Below are positions 58,694 through 64,000 of a stretch of 64,000 nucleotides of DNA, piece after piece. The position numbers were made by a program, and so were the translations under genes. Below the pieces are notes generated by a model. It was given only the letters and a program-made list of their open reading frames with translations. It made no database searches and had not been told where the DNA came from. Origin of the DNA: Porticoccus sp. (lineage in GTDB: Bacteria; Pseudomonadota; Gammaproteobacteria; Pseudomonadales; Porticoccaceae); the NCBI RefSeq assembly GCF_002707685.1, contig NZ_PANQ01000002.1; one strand, 5' to 3'. Within the stretch, counting starts at the first letter, position 1; every line of letters starts with the position of its first letter.

Positions 58694-58843
58694 GGATGCC
58701 CTGCCGTGACTTGCGTCAAAATCCTGTGGCATGAACTGAAACAGTATGCGGCGGGTCATAGACGAAGAGCGTTTCACTCAGCGAGTTGATGGAATGATGG
58801 CGTGGTTATGAGTTGACGCAGAACTGCAAAGCGAGGCAGAACG

Positions 58844-59224
58844 ATGGCAACTAATGCACATACCGAAAGGTGGGCTCATCGGGCTGGCTGTAAGGTTGGC
58901 CGTGCGTGGCGTGGAGTTGTGCGTCAGGATCGGCGAGCCATTGAGTGGTTTGTGAAACACGGTTGGCCAACTGGTCTCGCCAAGGCGATGCTCTGGATTA
59001 CGAAGTTGGCTGTTCTCGGTGTGTTGCTGTACACCGCGTTCTGGCTGACGTTACTGTTTGTTCTTGCGCTTCTGGTTACTTGCGGGATTGCCAATAGCGA
59101 CCAAGGGGACGAGCAAGTGAATGCAAATGACGAATGGAGGTTTGGTGAATCTGGCTATGGCCTCTATTCATCTGGAGGACAGCGCATTGATCCTCATGAT
59201 CCAAATGACCCGTACGATGAATGA
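58844..59224 (+). CDS. DUF3742 family ICE membrane protein
   Basis: GRAWRG..RQDRR..LW..KLAVLGVLLY.AFW, acidic tail with G.SGYGLY. Expected ICE position. Confidence 0.8.
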   Translation: MATNAHTERWAHRAGCKVGRAWRGVVRQDRRAIEWFVKHGWPTGLAKAMLWITKLAVLGVLLYTAFWLTLLFVLALLVTCGIANSDQGDEQVNANDEWRFGESGYGLYSSGGQRIDPHDPNDPYDE

Positions 59225-59237
59225 AGGGAAGCATTGG

Positions 59238-60755
59238 CTACTTCAGTTTGCCTGATACTTTGTTTATGCCGGAAGCTGTACTGTCCCTGGCATCTTTTGA
59301 GCCCCCTGCCAAATTTTGTGCTATTCCACCGGCACGTATGCCCACCCACCCCAAGGCCGTGACCCAAAACGTGGGTAACACAATAAACATCGCTGCCATC
59401 ACAAAGTTCAGCAACATATCCCCGAAGGCATTGTTCAACCCCATCAGCAGGTTGAAATTGGTGTGGGGTCGGTCTGCCCCCAGCCCCCAGCCGTAGAGGG
59501 CATCGAGTATGGTCGAGTCGAGCCAGCGTGCGAGCTGGAACCAGAAATCCACGAAGAACAGGGCGAACTGCACGCAACTGACGATGACCACGGATTTCAG
59601 GTCATAGGTGCCCACTACCAGTATCAGCGGAATGCAGATGGCCATGGCCATTTTCAGGAACGACAGCACCATGGGCAGAGCCTGGCGCACGATATCCATG
59701 GCGGGGAAAAAGCCCAGCGAGCCGACGGTCAATCCCACGTCGGCGGCACCGCGGGCCACGATATTGGGGATCGTCATCTCGATCTGGCCGCCGTAGTCGG
59801 TGTAGACGGCGCCCTGGTTCATCTTTTGTTGACGCGGGGAGGCGATGGCGCGTATCACCGAGTCATTGATCTGGTCTTGGGTCAGGAACCCCGCCCATTC
59901 ACCGATGCGATCCAGTAGATCGGGATCCACCTGCTCCAGCAACTGCGTTCGCAGCCCCTGGGGACTGTCGGCCCACCACTGTCGGCAGGTAGGGTAGCCG
60001 CCGCCATTGACCACTTCCGGAAATCCGGCGTCCCGGACTGTGTCATAGGGCCAGTCCGGTCGGGGGAGGGTTGTGTGGTAGGTGTCGTAGAAGCCAGGCG
60101 TTTCGAGGAAATAGCCGGAGCCGATCCAGTTGATATCGTTCATTTCATCCTCACCGAGAGTTGGCCGGTTCATGAACAGCTTTGCCCGTGAAGGGCCATA
60201 GCAATCGTGGGTGAAGTCGGCCACCTCCTGGGCCAGCACCGGGTCGTCGATGCGGGTGCTGTCGATGTCCATGCGGATCTGGCGCAGGTCGGTCCCGCAG
60301 GGGATCGCCGCCACCGCCGCGCCGGTGATGGCCTTCGAGAGACTGTGCATGAAGAACCACCAGACCGGCACTTGGGCACTCTGGTCGTTAAGGGTGGTAA
60401 AGCTGGTGGCCCAGTCCGTCTCGTCGGGCAGGGGCACATCGACCTGGCACTGGATAGAGCGGGAGCGGTCGAATGCCAGTGTACTCAGGTCCAGTGGGAT
60501 AAACGGAATACCCGCAAACAGAATCACCACAATGGCGACCCATACCCGGTTTTCGATACGCAGTGAGGACAGCACGCCCTTGTTGCCTTCGTCGGCTCCC
60601 TCGGCGCGGGCGCGCAGCCACTCCTGAATGATGATGGCAAGAAACGGCAAGGCGAACACCCCACTGGCCACCAGGACATGCCAGATGCCGTTACTGACGA
60701 TCCAGCCCACCAGGGTCAGATAGTATTCCAGATAGTCCGAGGTATAGAGCGTCAC
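59238..60755 (-). CDS. Conjugal transfer TraG N-terminal domain protein
   Basis: YLEYYLTLVGW, VPVWWFFMH and YPTCRQWW. Confidence 0.9.
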   Translation of the reverse strand: MTLYTSDYLEYYLTLVGWIVSNGIWHVLVASGVFALPFLAIIIQEWLRARAEGADEGNKGVLSSLRIENRVWVAIVVILFAGIPFIPLDLSTLAFDRSRSIQCQVDVPLPDETDWATSFTTLNDQSAQVPVWWFFMHSLSKAITGAAVAAIPCGTDLRQIRMDIDSTRIDDPVLAQEVADFTHDCYGPSRAKLFMNRPTLGEDEMNDINWIGSGYFLETPGFYDTYHTTLPRPDWPYDTVRDAGFPEVVNGGGYPTCRQWWADSPQGLRTQLLEQVDPDLLDRIGEWAGFLTQDQINDSVIRAIASPRQQKMNQGAVYTDYGGQIEMTIPNIVARGAADVGLTVGSLGFFPAMDIVRQALPMVLSFLKMAMAICIPLILVVGTYDLKSVVIVSCVQFALFFVDFWFQLARWLDSTILDALYGWGLGADRPHTNFNLLMGLNNAFGDMLLNFVMAAMFIVLPTFWVTALGWVGIRAGGIAQNLAGGSKDARDSTASGINKVSGKLK

Positions 60756-60771
60756 CGGGCAGGCTCCCCTT

Positions 60772-61119
60772 TTACGACCGGTAGAGCCAAGCGTTGGCTT
60801 CCATTAGAAACAGGGCGGTGCCCGTGGCGATTTCCACTCTCAACACGCGGGCGCGGGCCGAGGGTTCCCGCCGCAGTAGGCGGGGACGTAGCCGCCACCA
60901 GCCGTAACCGATGACGCCATAGAGGCAGAGTCGCCATACCAGAAAGTTCCCGGCGTGGGATTTGAGCCAAAGATGCCAGGCCGTTTGGCTGCCGACGGCC
61001 TGAATGCCCGCCCAGGAGGCCAGGAAGGCTGTCGTGGCCAGTAACACCATCCAGATACCCGCCCAGGCCAGTCGGCGGCAGTAACGGCGGATTGGCGATG
61101 AATGTGGCGGCGAGGTCAT
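60772..61119 (-). CDS. Small conserved ICE membrane protein
   Basis: W..WL..H...F.VWRLCLYG....GWW..R.R pattern at its usual position. Confidence 0.75.
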   Translation of the reverse strand: MTSPPHSSPIRRYCRRLAWAGIWMVLLATTAFLASWAGIQAVGSQTAWHLWLKSHAGNFLVWRLCLYGVIGYGWWRLRPRLLRREPSARARVLRVEIATGTALFLMEANAWLYRS

Positions 61120-62513
61120 GGTGTGTCGTCCGGTTTCTCCGCTTCGCGCAGCCGGTCGCGGATGGTCTCACCGTCATAGATGCCACCGGAGTTGGCACCG
61201 CGCACACGGTTGCGCTGGATGATGGCCAATGGGGAATTACCCGCCAGGGTGCGCCGCAGCTCCAGTTCGGTTTTGAGGTTGCTGATGGCCTGCTCCAGAG
61301 TCTTAAGCTCCTTGTCCACCGCCGCGATGGCCAGTTCGTTTGAGGCCACATTGGGTTCTTTCATCCCCGCCAGTAGGGTGCGTTGTAACAGCAGGGCTTT
61401 TTCCAGGATGCTGGACAGGGCGATATCCGATGCCAGGCGGCGTCCCAGGATGTCCTGATCGGGCTCATCCCGCAGGGCCTCGATCACTGCCCGGGTAATG
61501 GGCAGGGAACGGCTGCCGGCAGCCTCCAGGTTGTCGATGGTGGTGGATGAGCGCCCCGTCACCAGATCCTGCAGAGAGAGCAGTTTCTCGTCGTATTCCT
61601 CCTGGATCAGTGGCGTCAGGCCGACACCGGGGGTGGTGCGCGTCTTGGTGCAGCTGTCGCAGGTGTGCTGCTCCCGTTCACCCAGTACGCGGACGGCCCA
61701 GTCGGCGGCTGCCTCGGGAGACGGCCAGGCCCTGCAGCCCAACTGGTCAGCGCAGGTCGTGGGATCAATGTTGGAGGTGTCATCAACCGCCCGGCTGTTC
61801 AACAGGTTGTAACCGGCGCGGGTGACATCGCCGATCACGCGGATCGGTGCCTGGCTATTGCCCCCCGCATTGTCGCCGCCCACCCAAGGGACGCCGCCGT
61901 TGCCGCGGTTGGCTTCCGCTTCTTCAATGGCGGCGACCGCATCGTTGTCGGCGACGGCCTCTTTCAGGGCCATACCTTCGGCCAGTTGATCCCATCCCAG
62001 TTGGCCGCCCGCTGTGTCAGCCATGCGGTTGGCGATGGCCCGGCAGGTCATTTTGGAGCGGTCAAAATCCAGCCGCGCCTGCAAAATACCGTTGGTCAGT
62101 AGGTTGTAGAGGCCGGGGTCGGCGCGCTGAATGATCAGGGCGGGTAGCGAGGCCACCGCAGCTGTCGCATTCTGAATCACGTTGCTCATGATGCTCTGAA
62201 AGCCGTTGGTGATGCCGTTAAGTTGGTTGTGGAGGGTGGTGGTGATGCTCATGTCCCCACAGATTAGATTGCTGTTCCAGCCCACGCCGACACCGAGGCT
62301 TTGCATATTGCCGGCGCTGCCCATGGAAACCGCCCGTCCGCCGCCAATGGTGTAGAGCACATCGTCGCCAATTACACTGCCGGTGACGCTGACCCCATCG
62401 CCGTCAATCGTGGTTTGCGCCGACGTGATATGACAGCTGCTGAGCAATAGTGCCAGGGTGAGGCATTGGATAAGGCGAGGACGAGTGATGAGGTGGCTAT
62501 GGCCCAGATGCAT
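61116..62513 (-). CDS. ICE protein, PFL_4711/TIGR03755 family (start uncertain)
   Basis: YTIGGGRAV, WNSNLICG, IIQRADPGLY and GVGLTPLI. Confidence 0.88.
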   Translation of the reverse strand: MHLGHSHLITRPRLIQCLTLALLLSSCHITSAQTTIDGDGVSVTGSVIGDDVLYTIGGGRAVSMGSAGNMQSLGVGVGWNSNLICGDMSITTTLHNQLNGITNGFQSIMSNVIQNATAAVASLPALIIQRADPGLYNLLTNGILQARLDFDRSKMTCRAIANRMADTAGGQLGWDQLAEGMALKEAVADNDAVAAIEEAEANRGNGGVPWVGGDNAGGNSQAPIRVIGDVTRAGYNLLNSRAVDDTSNIDPTTCADQLGCRAWPSPEAAADWAVRVLGEREQHTCDSCTKTRTTPGVGLTPLIQEEYDEKLLSLQDLVTGRSSTTIDNLEAAGSRSLPITRAVIEALRDEPDQDILGRRLASDIALSSILEKALLLQRTLLAGMKEPNVASNELAIAAVDKELKTLEQAISNLKTELELRRTLAGNSPLAIIQRNRVRGANSGGIYDGETIRDRLREAEKPDDTP

Positions 62514-62523
62514 ATCTGTCGCC

Positions 62524-63465
62524 TCACTGCACATCGATGCTGCCGAGAAACACCTGGCCTTGCCGTTCGCAGCACTGGTAGGGGCGCCACAGTGCCCAGG
62601 CATAGTCTCCCTGGGTGGCCTGAGCATGGTTCCCGCTGTTGGGAAAGACAGCACAGCTTCTGGACAGGGTGGGGGTCAGTTCCTGCCATTTGCCGGTGGC
62701 GGCATCGCTTTCCACCAGGGCACCGGCGGGCCAATACCCCGCGGATTGTCTGACCAGCAGGGGCTGGTAGACGTGGACCTGGCCGCGGCGGGTTACGATG
62801 TCGCCCGCCCGCTGGGCCACCACCGCCCCTGCCTTGTGATCGTCCACGTGATGCAGGAAACCCCCGCGGGGGTAGACATTGCCCCAGAGGTTGAGGGTGC
62901 TGCGCGCGCCGATTTCGCGCCTGCCCGGTATCAGGGCTTCCGGGTAGAACGCTTCGGGAAGGTTGTAACGCCAGGCGAGGGTGTCCAGGGTGCTGAGCAG
63001 GTAGGGCATAAAGGCCGTACCCGCCCCTTTGCAGCTATAGCCCCACTGGCCGGCGAACTGGCTGAAGATATAGCCGCCGGGATGGCCGATGACATCCGCA
63101 TTCTTGAACTTGGCCAGGTTGTTCTCATGGGATTCGTTGGTCGTGCCGTCACCGCCGGCCTGTGCCGTTTCGTTGGGCGGGCTCATGGCGGCGACCTCCG
63201 CCCAGGGGTTTTCGCCGGTATCGGAATAACTGGAGACCACCGCGTCGGGTACATAGTGACTGACCTTAATGGAGGTTTCGACGGAGCAACTGTAGGGCGT
63301 GCAAAACAACCAATAGCAGATGCCGACAACGCGGTATTCGAGGCAGTCCGGTGACACCGTGGACGAGACAATGTCGGCGGTGGTGAGTGCCCAGGAGGAC
63401 AGGGCGTGGCATAGCAGGATGATGGCAGCTTTGCGGCGAAGTCGATGACGGAGAGGGCGTCTCAT
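62524..63465 (-). CDS. ICE protein, PFL_4710/TIGR03756 (TraU-like) family
   Basis: CLEYRVVGICYWLFC, FKNADVIGHP, WGNVYPRGGF and WRPYQCC. Confidence 0.9.
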   Translation of the reverse strand: MRRPLRHRLRRKAAIILLCHALSSWALTTADIVSSTVSPDCLEYRVVGICYWLFCTPYSCSVETSIKVSHYVPDAVVSSYSDTGENPWAEVAAMSPPNETAQAGGDGTTNESHENNLAKFKNADVIGHPGGYIFSQFAGQWGYSCKGAGTAFMPYLLSTLDTLAWRYNLPEAFYPEALIPGRREIGARSTLNLWGNVYPRGGFLHHVDDHKAGAVVAQRAGDIVTRRGQVHVYQPLLVRQSAGYWPAGALVESDAATGKWQELTPTLSRSCAVFPNSGNHAQATQGDYAWALWRPYQCCERQGQVFLGSIDVQ

Positions 63466-63872
63466 GGTTGCTGTCTCCGGTATGCCTCGATTCGGGACAG
63501 TGCGCGGCGGAGATTGTGCTCGCCGTAGACGACGTAGCGCTGGTCGACGACCACAGCCGGAATGCGATCAACCCCCAGCTGCCAGGCATCGATAACGTCC
63601 TGGTACGCTCGGCTCAAACGCAGGTGCAGCGCTTTCTTTCCCGCTGCCATGCGTTGCCGGACTGCCGCTGCTGCATTCTCCGGGTTGGTGGGTAAGCCGG
63701 CGGAAAAGGCCGCCTCAATACGCGCCGGGGCATCCAGTTCAATCAGCCGATCCGGCGTGCCGGCAACAGGATGGTGCTGGTCGGTGACTACCCAGACTTC
63801 GGTACGGGCGAGCGAGGCCCACAGACATAATCCGATGGTGACGGCGTAAAGCCACAGCGATCCTGTTCGCAT
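63462..63872 (-). CDS. ICE protein, PFL_4709/TIGR03757 (DUF1525) family
   Basis: VTDQHHPV, LDAPARIE and AWQLGVDRIPAVVVDQRYVVYG. Confidence 0.9.
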   Translation of the reverse strand: MRTGSLWLYAVTIGLCLWASLARTEVWVVTDQHHPVAGTPDRLIELDAPARIEAAFSAGLPTNPENAAAAVRQRMAAGKKALHLRLSRAYQDVIDAWQLGVDRIPAVVVDQRYVVYGEHNLRRALSRIEAYRRQQP

Positions 63873-64000
63873 AAATACTCACCTAAACAAGGGGGCAGGC
63901 GAGTAGTAGGCCCCGGTTGAGCATGGAGGGGCGACAAAGAAAGGGAATTGCCGGATGCCGGATTGATTGCTCGTGTAGGGCAATGGACCCATGTAGGTTT

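Larger units (their letters stand above)
47039..64000. mobile_element. Integrative conjugative element of the ICEclc/PAGI-2 (PFGI-1-like) family, integrase end; continues beyond the window
   Basis: A long integrase directly follows tRNA-Gly. MobH relaxase, TraG_N, TIGR03755/56/57-like genes and DUF3742 occur in the expected order. The second att copy was not seen in the window. Confidence 0.92.

Noticed and set aside
62458-63354. Long plus-strand ORFs opposite the ICE core genes (and similar shadow ORFs across the window)
   Set aside because: They are antisense shadows of GC-rich coding genes with no recognisable motifs or RBS.

Overview
Gammaproteobacterial chromosome segment with two parts. 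(1) Positions 1-47038 are core and nutrient-adaptation genes: pgi, gap, tRNA-Arg, a DAACS symporter, tamAB, ald, two flavodoxins, cmoAB, an M16 peptidase, a Fur-boxed TonB-dependent receptor, mnmC, a Zur/COG0523/Zrg-like zinc-starvation cluster (about 27.6-34.5 kb), trmL, epmC, pdxB, alaA, msrB, tRNA-Glu and tRNA-Gly. (2) Positions 47039-64000 are the integrase end of an ICEclc/PAGI-2-type integrative conjugative element at tRNA-Gly(GCC), which continues beyond the window. It carries a long tyrosine integrase, a LysR-SBD/XRE/LysR regulator block, a collapsed iron-uptake cargo (tonB-exbD-exbB' fused by a microhomology deletion to the 3' end of a PvdE/YojI-like exporter), a MobH/TraI relaxase, a FitAB/VapBC toxin-antitoxin pair and core conjugation genes. 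The most unusual item is an apparently complete group II intron (51245-53478, minus strand). It appears to end in AG rather than the canonical AY, with a matching C at the gamma position, and its first 12 nt rebuild the stop codon of the tonB gene it invaded. The second is a four-hairpin cassette inserted into a duplicated tRNA-Arg T-arm at 3912-4016. All assignments are by eye from sequence motifs, with no database searches. Several start codons were moved from the ORF track to more plausible downstream starts.
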